Position numbers and translations under genes: made by a program | Notes under the pieces: model-generated | Database searches by the model: none | The model's input: the letters and a program-made list of their open reading frames with translations, nothing else | What the model was told of the DNA's origin: nothing | Assembly (NCBI GenBank): GCA_044222185.1 | Contig: JBGANV010000009.1 | Coordinates: forward strand, 32,001 to 96,000 | DNA from: Planctomycetota bacterium | Lineage (GTDB): Bacteria > Planctomycetota > GCA-002687715 > CAIWVZ01 | DNA length: 64,000 nucleotides | Direction: 5' to 3' | Part shown: one piece after another, positions 38,042 through 47,643 of the stretch | Position numbering within the stretch: position 1 is the stretch's first letter | Layout: each line of letters opens with the position of its first letter

Positions 38042-39219
38042 AGCGTGACCTCGTCTCGATCGAGGATCTCTCGAACGACGACGTGCTGGCCCTGCTCGAC
38101 CGAGCCGACGAGATGGCGGCGCACCTGCGCGAGCGGGCACACCTCCTCCGCGACACCATCCTGGCGACGTTGTTTCTCGAACCGTCGACACGCACCCGGC
38201 TGTCGTTCGAGGCCGCCATGCATCGACTGGGAGGGCGGGTCATCACGAGTGCCGACCCCGCGTCGTCATCGACGAGCAAGGGCGAGACGCTGATGGACAC
38301 CATCCGCATGGTTGATGGATATGCGGACGTGATCGTTTTGCGCCACGCCGCAGCCGGGGCCGCCCTCGTCGCGGCAGGAGTGGCCGATGCGCCGGTCATC
38401 AATGCCGGTGACGGGGGACGGGAGCATCCGACCCAGACCCTCGTCGACCTGTTCACACTGCGTCGCGAGCGGGGGAGGCTTCCCGGGTTGACGGTCCTGC
38501 TGTACGGCGACCTGCGTTACGGAAGGACCACGCATTCCCTGGCCCGGGCGCTCGCGCGTTTCGGCGGGCGGGTACTGGCCCTCGCCGAGCCGGGGCTCGA
38601 GCTCCCCGACTACGTGATCGAGGGGTTGGGGGAGATTCCCGGGGTCGAAGTCGCCTCCGTGGAACTCGATGGAGTCAGTGCGGCGTTGCGTCGCCCACGG
38701 CTTTCGACTCTCATAGCCCCGGGTGCGGCCGCATTCGAAGGACGGAGGGTCGTTCTTGAGGCCGGCGAACTGGATGCGATCTACGCGACGCGAATCCAGC
38801 GCGAGCGGCTTCCCCAATCGTCGCGCGGCGCCCCCGAGCTTCCGCGGATCGACGCCGCGTTCCTGGCATCGCCTGCGACCAGGTCGTCGGTCGTGATGCA
38901 CCCCCTTCCCAGGGTCACCGAGATCGACGTGGGAATCGATGCGGACCCGCGGGCGGCGTACTTCCGGCAGGCGGCTGCGGGGGTTCCAGTCCGCATGGCG
39001 GTCCTTGCCGCAGCCATGGGGGATTTACGGCTCGCCTCGGTCGGGTCCCGACGCCGGGAGGCGAACCCCGCCGACCTGCCCCGCGGGGTGCGATGTGCGG
39101 AGCCGGCGTGTATCTCCACTCGCGAGCCTGCGGCGACGCCGCCGCGGTTCCGACGATCCGCGGCGGGTACGGTCCGGTGCCTGTACTGCGAGAATGCGGC
39201 CGTTCAGGAAAGCGTGTGA
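38038..39219 (+). CDS. pyrB: Aspartate carbamoyltransferase catalytic subunit fused to a PyrI-like Zn-binding domain
   Basis: FLEPSTRTRLSFE, KGETL.DT, NAGDG...HPTQ, GDLRYGRT.HSL, TRIQRER, MHPLPR; tail CAEPACIS...RCLYCE. Confidence 0.93.
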   Translation: MKRDLVSIEDLSNDDVLALLDRADEMAAHLRERAHLLRDTILATLFLEPSTRTRLSFEAAMHRLGGRVITSADPASSSTSKGETLMDTIRMVDGYADVIVLRHAAAGAALVAAGVADAPVINAGDGGREHPTQTLVDLFTLRRERGRLPGLTVLLYGDLRYGRTTHSLARALARFGGRVLALAEPGLELPDYVIEGLGEIPGVEVASVELDGVSAALRRPRLSTLIAPGAAAFEGRRVVLEAGELDAIYATRIQRERLPQSSRGAPELPRIDAAFLASPATRSSVVMHPLPRVTEIDVGIDADPRAAYFRQAAAGVPVRMAVLAAAMGDLRLASVGSRRREANPADLPRGVRCAEPACISTREPAATPPRFRRSAAGTVRCLYCENAAVQESV

Positions 39220-39446
39220 CCACGCAGCCCGTGGCGCGTCCTCCTCGAAGCCTGCCCACCCACCGGCTCGTGATGGTGCCCGAAGACCGTGCGGAAGTGC
39301 AACGGACTCGGCGTGACTGAGCGCTCCTGGCTGCCTGGCCCGGGATCCGTCCCCGCCCATTTGCCGGGATTCCATGGAGACGCGTCCGCGGCACGACCCT
39401 TGCTCTTTCGCCGGAATGACCTGCTCAACCACGGACTCTGCCTGGT

Positions 39447-39476
39447 TTGACAGGTGAGGCCTGTCGTTCATAGTAT
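39447..39476 (+). promoter_or_regulatory. Putative sigma70 promoter
   Basis: TTGACA-N18-TAGTAT, ~125 nt upstream of the 39602 start. Confidence 0.55.
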
Positions 39477-39601
39477 GCGCCGCCCTTCTGGGAGCGACGG
39501 AAACCGTGGACGCAAAAAGTGCGTCTGGCAAGTGACTGGCGGTTCTCGCCACCTGCACGATCGCAGGAAGGGTCCTGGTAGACGCTAGGAGAAGCTCAAA
39601 G

Positions 39602-42034
39602 ATGTCCCGACGATTGGTGCAGACCGCGGCTTGCATGTTTGCGGTGACCCTCGGTCTTGGGTTGACGCTCGGTGGCTGTGGCGGTGGTGGAAATGGCGGT
39701 GGAACGTCGAACCAGGGCTCAGGAGTCCTGCAGACCGTGTCGTTCCTCGGCTACGCACCTGGCCCGGGCATCGGCTTCAACGGTACGGTCCCGCTTCCTG
39801 AGGTGTTCCGTGACCAGGCCCTCGAGTTCGCCTTCGACGGCCCCATCGACCCGTCCGGACTCGGCGGGTTTTTCCGCCAGGGCGTGACGACGACCGATCC
39901 TTGCGGCACTGGTGCCAACGTCGAGTTCCTCGGCGTCGCGCCCGCCGGTTCGACGGGAGTGCCGTACTACGCGTTCTGCAATCAGACGCTCGCACGCAAC
40001 GCCCTGCAGATCCGCGAGAACGCCGCGCTCGGTCCGCAGCTTCCCTCGTACATCCTGGGCGTCCACCGCGACAAGCCGAATGTCGTCGTCGTCGACCCAC
40101 GCATCGACGCCACCAACCCGTTCTCGCTGACGCCGAGCCAGGGGTTCAAGGCGACCACCGAGTACGTCTACATCATCCCCGTCGGAAACGCGTTGCGCGT
40201 CGGCGGACGTGAAGTCACCGCCGTCGGTCCGAACGTGTTCGCGCTCCCGATTGCGGCGCCGCCGTTCTCGACCCAGCCGGCGTTGAGCCAGATCTTCCGG
40301 TCGGGCGTGTCGTTCGGACCTGATCCGATCCCGCCCGCGATCGTCTCGATCACGGCTCAGAGCGGTCACCTCGGGACGCCGGCAGATCCGATCCTCGAGC
40401 AGGACCCGATCGTGATCACGTTCACGAAGCGCGTCTCTGCGGCGTCGATCGACACGATCAAGAACGCGATCTTCCGCAACATCAACGTGACGAACACGTC
40501 GAACCCGCTGGGTGTGCCGGTTCCCGGCTCCCTCGATCCATTGAACGTCGGGGTCACCGACGACAGTGCCTACGTGTTCACGCCGACCGTGCCCTACGGA
40601 CCGGGTACGGCGGGAGTCGGCTACGACATCGCGGTTCGCATCGGCAGCTTTGGCGCGCCTGCGAACGTGATTCCGCCCATCAAGGGAGTGCCGACGGGTC
40701 TGAGTGGGACGCAGCTCGACCTCTCCAACTCGCTTGCGGTGACTCTCCGCTCGACGCCCTGCGCCGGCGGATGCCCGTCGCCTGCGAGCGTCACGGAGCC
40801 GTTCGATACGCAGACCCAGCAGGACACGACCTTCGTACCGCCGTTCGCTGGCACCGCCCGCTGGAATGCCGGGTCGGCCCCGGGGTTCCTGACCGGCCGC
40901 GTGATCTCCGGCTCGCCAACCGGGAACAACCTGGCCGCGCTCGGCACACGAAGCCAGTTCACCGTCGATCCGACCCCGCCGACCACCACTCCGTTCACCG
41001 GGCTGTTCTCGCCGTTCGATTCGGCGGCGGCGTTCTCCGGTGGTGCCTGTGGCGCAGGCGGTTGCAACCTTGGAACGACGGTCAACCCCAACGGTGGCTC
41101 GCACATCATGCACCTCTACGAGTCCACTGAACTGGGCTCGCTCGAAGACTCCCTCGAGATGATCGAGTGGAGCCCCGTGAATGGGGTCACGATCCCGACG
41201 ACCTATCCGGCGTACCAGATCTGGTGCGGACTGACGAGCACGGCGGCGCCGCTGAACAGCACCACCTGCCCGGGCTCGGCTACGTGCCCCGGACTGGCGA
41301 CGGTCTACGACCAGAACTACAACCTGGCCACGTTCCAGCCGGGAACTGCAATCCCGGCGGCGTGCACGAGCGCCAGCGCGGCGAACCCGGACAAGGTCGC
41401 GTGCGGCGGCCCGACGGCCTACTCGGTGACCCTGGCGACCACCGCGTTCTTCCCGTTCCCGATCCTGCAGCCGTGCTTCGACTTCGCGACGAGCACGGGC
41501 CAGTCCGGTTCGGGTGTGAACCTGCTGTTCGAGCAGAACATCGAGTCTGGTACCCAGGCCCCGAACTTCAACCGCTACCGCGCGACGGCCTTCACCCCGG
41601 TGCGCCGCTTGATCGCCGCCCCGCTCTCCCTGAATGCGCCGGGTAACTGCGCGTTCGGCGTCGGCGGGTCGTACGACATCTACCGCGCCCGGTTCACGAT
41701 GGTCGGTCTGGTCTCGTCGGCCCGATCGCTGTGGTACGACACCGGCACGCCCGATCCGCAGTACGTGAACTTCATCCTGAACCCGAGCATCCTCTCGCAG
41801 CCGGCTGGCACCCAGTCGATCTGGATCCTCGAGGCGACGGACACGGCGAACCCGGGCCCGGGTACGACGGGCGTGTCGATCACGTTCGTGAACGCCGCCG
41901 GTACGGTGAACACGGCGGGTCTCACCACGCTCGGCAACCTGCGCTACTTCCGCTTCCGCACCCAATTGCGGGCCAACAATCTGACGAACGTCGCGCCGAC
42001 CTACGGCAGCGTCACCATGGCGTACACCTTCTGA
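39602..42034 (+). CDS. Large lipoprotein with Ig-like (Big_5-like) domains
   Basis: AGGAG RBS; lipobox LGGC followed by a Gly linker; PPAIVSIT...PIVITFTKRVSAASI...YVFTP Ig-like segment; Cys-rich middle; ends LRYFRFRTQL...PTYGSVTMAYTF. Confidence 0.8.
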   Translation: MSRRLVQTAACMFAVTLGLGLTLGGCGGGGNGGGTSNQGSGVLQTVSFLGYAPGPGIGFNGTVPLPEVFRDQALEFAFDGPIDPSGLGGFFRQGVTTTDPCGTGANVEFLGVAPAGSTGVPYYAFCNQTLARNALQIRENAALGPQLPSYILGVHRDKPNVVVVDPRIDATNPFSLTPSQGFKATTEYVYIIPVGNALRVGGREVTAVGPNVFALPIAAPPFSTQPALSQIFRSGVSFGPDPIPPAIVSITAQSGHLGTPADPILEQDPIVITFTKRVSAASIDTIKNAIFRNINVTNTSNPLGVPVPGSLDPLNVGVTDDSAYVFTPTVPYGPGTAGVGYDIAVRIGSFGAPANVIPPIKGVPTGLSGTQLDLSNSLAVTLRSTPCAGGCPSPASVTEPFDTQTQQDTTFVPPFAGTARWNAGSAPGFLTGRVISGSPTGNNLAALGTRSQFTVDPTPPTTTPFTGLFSPFDSAAAFSGGACGAGGCNLGTTVNPNGGSHIMHLYESTELGSLEDSLEMIEWSPVNGVTIPTTYPAYQIWCGLTSTAAPLNSTTCPGSATCPGLATVYDQNYNLATFQPGTAIPAACTSASAANPDKVACGGPTAYSVTLATTAFFPFPILQPCFDFATSTGQSGSGVNLLFEQNIESGTQAPNFNRYRATAFTPVRRLIAAPLSLNAPGNCAFGVGGSYDIYRARFTMVGLVSSARSLWYDTGTPDPQYVNFILNPSILSQPAGTQSIWILEATDTANPGPGTTGVSITFVNAAGTVNTAGLTTLGNLRYFRFRTQLRANNLTNVAPTYGSVTMAYTF

Positions 42035-42053
42035 TCTGCTGAAGGTCGCCCAC

Positions 42054-42087
42054 ACGCCCCGCCGCGCTCACGCCCGGCGGGGCGTCT
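42054..42087 (+). terminator. Probable stem-loop terminator
   Basis: ACGCCCCGCCG...CGGCGGGGCGT followed by CTTCAT. Confidence 0.5.
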
Positions 42088-42323
42088 TCATGTCCGGGCG
42101 ATCCGGCCTGGGTGCACGCGACGTAGCCGCTCGTCGACCCCAAACCCCGGGCATCGGCACGCTCGCCGCGTCTTCCGTTTCCGGGAATGCACACCTACAA
42201 TCGGCGCCAGATCCTGAGGTGCACGCGGCTCTCACCACTGCCGATGGGGTGGTCCGTGCCCCGGTCGTCTGAACGCTCACAACTGAGGGCGCCCTTCGTC
42301 GCCCTCTGAATTCCAGGGAAGTC

Positions 42324-43223
42324 GTGTTGAGGGAACCGCGAGAGTTCCTCGTCATGGGGATGGTCGCGTCGATCGGGGCGTGCGTTGGCTCGTTCCTGAA
42401 CGTCGTCGCCTATCGCCTTCCGCGCGAGTGCATGTCGATCGTGAAACCGCGCTCGCGTTGCACGCGATGCGCTCACATGATCGCGTGGTACGACAACCTG
42501 CCGATCCTGTCGTGGCTCATGCTGCGCGGACGATGCCGCGCGTGTCGCGTCGGGATCTCTCCGCGCTATCCACTCGTCGAGCTCTTCGTCGCAGCGCTCT
42601 TCGTCGTGACTGCATTGCTCGTCCTACCGCACGAGGGTTGGCGACGACCTGCCGACCACGCGACACAGTGGCTTCAGGTCGGGGTGATGGCGCTCATCGG
42701 CTCGGCTCTCGTCGCGCTGACGTTGATCGACCTCGACTTCTTCATCCTTCCGGACGAGATCACGAAGTCCGGCATCGTCCTCGGTCCGTTCCTCGCATTC
42801 ATCGCGCCGGGGATTCAGCCGTCGCTCGTGCTCAAGGGATGGACCGTGTTCGGACTCCTCGGAACCCCGCTGGAGACGATGGTCGGTGACCGCGGAGTCG
42901 CTCTCATCCATGGAGTCCTCGGTGCCGTCGTCGCCGGCGGAACGCTGTGGCTCATCGGAGTCGCGGGGACCTGGGCGTTCAAGAAGGACGCCATGGGGTT
43001 CGGCGACGTGAAGATGCTCGCCGCCATGGGCGGTGTATTGGGATTCTGGTCTCTGCTCGCGCTGGTCGTCGCCGTCATGACTGGCGCGGTGGTGGGGATC
43101 GTGGTCAGATTGGTGAGCAAGGGGCGCTACATCCCGTTCGGGCCGTTCCTCGCGCTCGGAATGTGGATCGTGATGCTCTGGGGAAAGCCCTTGCTCGGTT
43201 GGTGGCTCGGACTGTATCGCTGA
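42324..43223 (+). CDS. pilD: Prepilin peptidase/N-methyltransferase
   Basis: GSFLNVV.YRLP, SRCxxC...WYDNLP..SW..LRGRCxxC, RYPLVE, LIDLD...LPD, AMGFGDVKM, IPFGPFL. Confidence 0.96.
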   Translation: MLREPREFLVMGMVASIGACVGSFLNVVAYRLPRECMSIVKPRSRCTRCAHMIAWYDNLPILSWLMLRGRCRACRVGISPRYPLVELFVAALFVVTALLVLPHEGWRRPADHATQWLQVGVMALIGSALVALTLIDLDFFILPDEITKSGIVLGPFLAFIAPGIQPSLVLKGWTVFGLLGTPLETMVGDRGVALIHGVLGAVVAGGTLWLIGVAGTWAFKKDAMGFGDVKMLAAMGGVLGFWSLLALVVAVMTGAVVGIVVRLVSKGRYIPFGPFLALGMWIVMLWGKPLLGWWLGLYR

Positions 43224-43274
43224 GTGGCGGCAGCACGGGGCTGCGACAGGAGCGGCCCTCGGGAGGTGTCGACG

Positions 43275-44039
43275 ATGTTTCGTGCAACGTGGTTCGTGTG
43301 TCTTGGTTCATTGGCGTTCTTGGCGGCCGGTTGTGCGTCGGACGATGAGGCCCTCGCGGAGAAAGACCGACTCATCCAGGAGAAGTCGAGTGAGAACGAA
43401 GGGCTCGCTCGTCAGAACTCCGACTTGAAGTCGACGTCCGTCGTCATGCAGCGCGAGCTCGACGAGAAGAATCGACAGCTCGCGATCGCTCAGGCCCAGG
43501 CGCAACCGACGAACGCGCCAGCGCTCGGCTCCGTGCACACCGAGCCGAAGACCAGCAAGGACGCGACGCCCGTCGCGTCCCACGAGAAGGGCGAGTCGAA
43601 CAAGGGTCGTGCCGCGAAGGTCTCGATCAAGGACGAGGACGTCGACGTCATCGCGCGGGGCGACGGCGCGACGCTCATCCGCATGTCGGGCGGCGCTGGC
43701 TTCGACGCCGGTTCAGCCACGCTGACGAAGCGCGGCAAGGACGCCTTGAAGAAGATCGCGGACGAACTGAAGGACACGACGGGCGAGATCCGCATCGAAG
43801 GTCACACCGATGCGACGCCGCTCACAGGGAAGAACAAGGAGCGGTTCGGCACGAACCAGCACCTGTCGATCGCGCGAGCCCTCGCCGTCCAGGAATACCT
43901 GGTCACGAACTGCAAGTTCCCCAAGTCGCGCATCGGTGAAGTCGTCGGTCTCGGCGAAACCAAGCCGCTGGACAAGGCGAACACGAAGGCTGCGCACGCG
44001 AAGAACCGTCGCGTCGACATCATCCTCCACTCGAACTGA
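43275..44039 (+). CDS. OmpA/MotB-family peptidoglycan-binding lipoprotein
   Basis: GGAGG RBS; lipobox LAAGC; coiled coil; FDAGSATL, IEGHTD, NQHLSIARA, KNRRVDI. Confidence 0.9.
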   Translation: MFRATWFVCLGSLAFLAAGCASDDEALAEKDRLIQEKSSENEGLARQNSDLKSTSVVMQRELDEKNRQLAIAQAQAQPTNAPALGSVHTEPKTSKDATPVASHEKGESNKGRAAKVSIKDEDVDVIARGDGATLIRMSGGAGFDAGSATLTKRGKDALKKIADELKDTTGEIRIEGHTDATPLTGKNKERFGTNQHLSIARALAVQEYLVTNCKFPKSRIGEVVGLGETKPLDKANTKAAHAKNRRVDIILHSN

Positions 44040-44290
44040 GTGACGGACGCCGGGAATTTCCGGTCGACCGCCGGGCGATCCGCAACCACGCGGCCGCCCG
44101 GCGGCTTCGTTTTCCGGGCAGCTCGGCGGCGGGGGGCGCCGGCGCGCATGATTTGCCGCTCGTCGCCACGCATGTGGGAGCGTGTCGATCCGAGGCCGTG
44201 TGCAGCACGGATCGCTACCGACGCCGGATGCAAGAGCGAACGCCGCACTTTTTCCCGCCCCGTCTTCGCATCTGGCCGCGGGTCACGCCC

Positions 44291-44320
44291 TTGCCAGCAA
44301 AAGGGCTTGTGAAGTAATCT
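44291..44320 (+). promoter_or_regulatory. Putative sigma70 promoter for the fusA paralog
   Basis: TTGCCA-N18-TAATCT in an AT-richer patch. Confidence 0.4.
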
Positions 44321-44354
44321 CGCGCACGCACTCAATTCAACCGGTGAGGTCGGC

Positions 44355-46331
44355 ATGTCGAAGCACGCTCCAGCGGATCTTCGGAACGTTGTACTGCTCG
44401 GGCACGGGGATGCGGGGAAGACGACGCTCGCCGAGAACATGCTGTTCAAGGCGGGGGCTGTGAACCGCCTGGGTTCGGTGAAGGAGAAGACCTCGCTCTT
44501 CGACTTCGAACCGGACGAACGGGAACGCGGCCACTCGATCGACTGCGCCGTCGGGCAATGTTCGTGGCAGGGCAAGGACATCAATCTCGTCGATTGCCCG
44601 GGCTACCCGGACTTCTTCGGAGAGGTCATCACCGGCGTTTCCGCCGCGGACCTCGCGCTCGTCTGTGTGAACGCGCACTCGGGGATCCTCACGGGCACGC
44701 GTCGCGGGTTTCAGGCGGCCGAGGCGCGGCAGAGGGCACGCGCGATCGTGGTGACGAAGTGTGACCTCGAGATGAAGCGTCTCGGGATGATCCTTCGCGA
44801 CATTCGTGCGGCGTTCGGCGATCGTTGCATCCCCTACCACGGGCCACCGGAGATCGGAGAGTTCCGCCAGCAGTGGACGGACGCCGCCGTCGAGGCCGAC
44901 GATGCCCTCATGACTCGCTACCTCGAAGGCGAGGCCATCACCGAGGACGAACTGCTCGCCGCGGCCCGCAAGCAGGTCGCCGCGGGCAAGATCATCCCCG
45001 TGGTGTTCACGTCGAGCGAGAAGGGGATGGGGGTCGACACGATCCTGGACATGATCGTCGCGCTCGGCCCGTCGCCGGTGGACGTTCCGCGCCGTCTCGT
45101 TCCGCTGAATGACCAGAACGCGGAACCGGAGCTGATCAAGCCGGACCCGGCCGCGTCCTTCATCGGCACGGTGTTCAAGGTCCAGATCGACAAGCACGTC
45201 GGTCGGCTCGTCTTCGTTCGCGTGCTCACGGGGACACTCAAGCCCGGTGACCTGATCCACTCCATCAACCACCAGAAGAAGGAGAAGGTCGGGCACATGT
45301 TCCGGCCCATGGGCAAGGATCAGAAACCGGTCGAGTCCGCCGGTCCGGGCGACCTGATCATCCTCACGAAGATCGATTCACTTCGATTCGGCGACACGCT
45401 GGCGACGAATCCGGCGAGTCACGTCGCCATCCCCGGTCGCTTTCCCAAGCCGATGTTCGGCGTCGCGATTCGTGCAAAGAACCGCGGCGACGAGGTGAAG
45501 ATGGCCGAAGCGCTGCACAAGCTCGCCGAAGAGTCGGCGACGTTCGTGCCGCACCGTGAAGCTGCCACGGCGGAACTCGTCGCGTCCGGTCTGAGCCAGC
45601 TCCACGTCGACATCATGCTGCGCCGGCTGAAGGACCGGTTCGGCATCGAGGTCGAGACCAGCAAGCCGAAAGTGCCCTACAAGGAGACGATTTCGCTCGG
45701 TGCCGACGGCCATCATCGCCACAAGAAGCAGTCGGGCGGCCGCGGGCAATTCGCGGAGGTGTTCCTGCACGTCGAACCGGGGGAGGCGGGCAAGGGACTC
45801 CAATATCTCTGGGAGATCTTCGGCGGCACGATTCCGCGGAATTACGAGCCCGCCATCGAGAAGGGCGTCCGGGAGGTCATGGCCAAGGGCGTCATCGCGG
45901 GGTACCAGATCGAGGACGTGATCGTCCGCATCAAGGACGGCAAGTACCACGAGGTCGACTCGTCGGACGCCGCCTTCAAGATCGCGGGCGCGCGCGCCTT
46001 CAAGGACGCCGTCGCGAAGGCCAGGCCCTCTCTCCTCGAACCGATCGTGAAACTCGAAGTCACGGTCCCGTCCGAGTGCATGGGCGATATCTCCGGCGAT
46101 CTCAACACGCGGCGCGGGCGCATCCGTGGGATGAGCCAGATCGGGGATCTCCAGGTCATCGAGGCCGAGATCCCCCTCGTCGAAGCTCAGGATTACTCCC
46201 GCGTCCTGACCTCGCTGACATCAGGCCGCGGCAGCTTCACTCTCGAGCCCGACCACTACGAGGTCGTTCCGGCCCAGATCCAACAGCAGATCATCGCGGC
46301 GTACAAGCCGCACGCCGACGAGGACGAGTAG
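44355..46331 (+). CDS. Elongation factor G paralog (EF-G2-like)
   Basis: GHGDAGKTT, DCPGYPDF, TKCD; domain IV-V motifs PKVPYKET, HKKQSGGRGQF, DGKYHEVDSSD, LLEPI, GDLNTRRGRI. Confidence 0.92.
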   Translation: MSKHAPADLRNVVLLGHGDAGKTTLAENMLFKAGAVNRLGSVKEKTSLFDFEPDERERGHSIDCAVGQCSWQGKDINLVDCPGYPDFFGEVITGVSAADLALVCVNAHSGILTGTRRGFQAAEARQRARAIVVTKCDLEMKRLGMILRDIRAAFGDRCIPYHGPPEIGEFRQQWTDAAVEADDALMTRYLEGEAITEDELLAAARKQVAAGKIIPVVFTSSEKGMGVDTILDMIVALGPSPVDVPRRLVPLNDQNAEPELIKPDPAASFIGTVFKVQIDKHVGRLVFVRVLTGTLKPGDLIHSINHQKKEKVGHMFRPMGKDQKPVESAGPGDLIILTKIDSLRFGDTLATNPASHVAIPGRFPKPMFGVAIRAKNRGDEVKMAEALHKLAEESATFVPHREAATAELVASGLSQLHVDIMLRRLKDRFGIEVETSKPKVPYKETISLGADGHHRHKKQSGGRGQFAEVFLHVEPGEAGKGLQYLWEIFGGTIPRNYEPAIEKGVREVMAKGVIAGYQIEDVIVRIKDGKYHEVDSSDAAFKIAGARAFKDAVAKARPSLLEPIVKLEVTVPSECMGDISGDLNTRRGRIRGMSQIGDLQVIEAEIPLVEAQDYSRVLTSLTSGRGSFTLEPDHYEVVPAQIQQQIIAAYKPHADEDE

Positions 46332-46386
46332 CCCGCCAGAGGCGCCCGCGTCTGCAGCGTGGCGCTTCGGATTCCCTCAATCGCGC

Positions 46387-46424
46387 ACGAGGACGCGGCT
46401 TTCCGCCGCGTCCTCGTTTTCATT
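46387..46424 (+). terminator. Rho-independent terminator
   Basis: Perfect 13-bp stem ACGAGGACGCGGC-TTTCC-GCCGCGTCCTCGT followed by TTTCATT. Confidence 0.8.
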
Positions 46425-46551
46425 CCACCCTCCCCTCGTCCGATAGTTAGTCGGACGGTGTCGCGATCCGGCGCTCCTCAGCCGGAGTGTGCCTCACCAG
46501 CGTGACCCGTTTCTCGTCGGGCAGTTTTCGCGGCTCGCTGGGAGGGAAGCC

Positions 46552-47643
46552 ATGTACACGTTCGAGACACTCCTCGATCAGCTCGTCAAGCGCGGCGGGT
46601 CCGACCTGCACATCTCCGCAGGGTCTCCGCCCAAGTTCCGAATCGACGGCAACCTCGTCGACGTCGGCAACGAGGGAATGACGCCGGCCGAGACGAAGCA
46701 GCTGATCTACAGCGTGCTGACGGATGATCAGATCGCAACGTTCGAACGCGAGCTCGAGCTGGACTTCTCGTTCGGCGTGAGCGGGCTCGGACGCTTCCGC
46801 ACCAACGTCTTCCAACAGCGTGGCGCCGTGGGATCCGTGCTTCGACTCATTCCGGTGAAGATCCAGGCATTCGAGGAGTTGGGGCTGCCGCGTGACGTCT
46901 GCGAGCGCCTCTGCCAGCTGCCGAAGGGCCTGATCCTCGTCACGGGTGCCACGGGCTCCGGCAAGTCGACGACGCTGGCGGCGATGATCGATCACATCAA
47001 CCGTTCGCGTGCCGATCACATCGTGACGATCGAGGACCCGATCGAGTTCCTCCACCAGAACAAGAAGTGCCTCTTCAACCAGCGCGAGGTCGGGACGGAC
47101 ACGCACGGGTTCAAGAAGGCGCTGCGGGCCGTGCTTCGTCAGGACCCGGACGTGGTGCTCGTGGGCGAAATGCGCGACCTGGAGACGGTCGAAGCCGCGC
47201 TCACGCTCGCCGAGACGGGACACCTCACGTTCGCCACCCTGCACACGTCGGATGCCGTGCAGACGATCAACCGAATCGTCGACGTGTTCCCCGCGTACCA
47301 GCAACAGCAGATCCGGACGCAGCTGTCGTTCGCGCTCCAGGCAGTCTTCTGTCAGCAGCTCCTGCCCAATGCGAACGGCCGCGGTCGCGTGCTCGCCGCC
47401 GAGGTGATGATCGCGAACTCCGCCATCCGCGCCCTCATCCGTGAAAGCAAGGCGCACCAGATCTACTCTCAGATCCAGACGGGCGGTCGCGAGGGCATGA
47501 AGACGATGAACCAGGCCCTCGCCGACCTCATCGAGCGACGCGCCTTGTCGATGGACGACGCGCTGACCTACTCCACGGACAAGGACGACCTCGTCCGGAT
47601 CCTCGGCCGCCACGTTTCGGCCCCGGTGGGCGCGCGGCGATGA
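46552..47643 (+). CDS. pilT: Type IV pilus retraction ATPase PilT
   Basis: GGAGG RBS; GSDLHI, GRFRTNVF, GATGSGKSTT, TIEDPIEF, LRQDPDV, AETGHL, AIRALIRE motif. Confidence 0.96.
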   Translation: MYTFETLLDQLVKRGGSDLHISAGSPPKFRIDGNLVDVGNEGMTPAETKQLIYSVLTDDQIATFERELELDFSFGVSGLGRFRTNVFQQRGAVGSVLRLIPVKIQAFEELGLPRDVCERLCQLPKGLILVTGATGSGKSTTLAAMIDHINRSRADHIVTIEDPIEFLHQNKKCLFNQREVGTDTHGFKKALRAVLRQDPDVVLVGEMRDLETVEAALTLAETGHLTFATLHTSDAVQTINRIVDVFPAYQQQQIRTQLSFALQAVFCQQLLPNANGRGRVLAAEVMIANSAIRALIRESKAHQIYSQIQTGGREGMKTMNQALADLIERRALSMDDALTYSTDKDDLVRILGRHVSAPVGARR

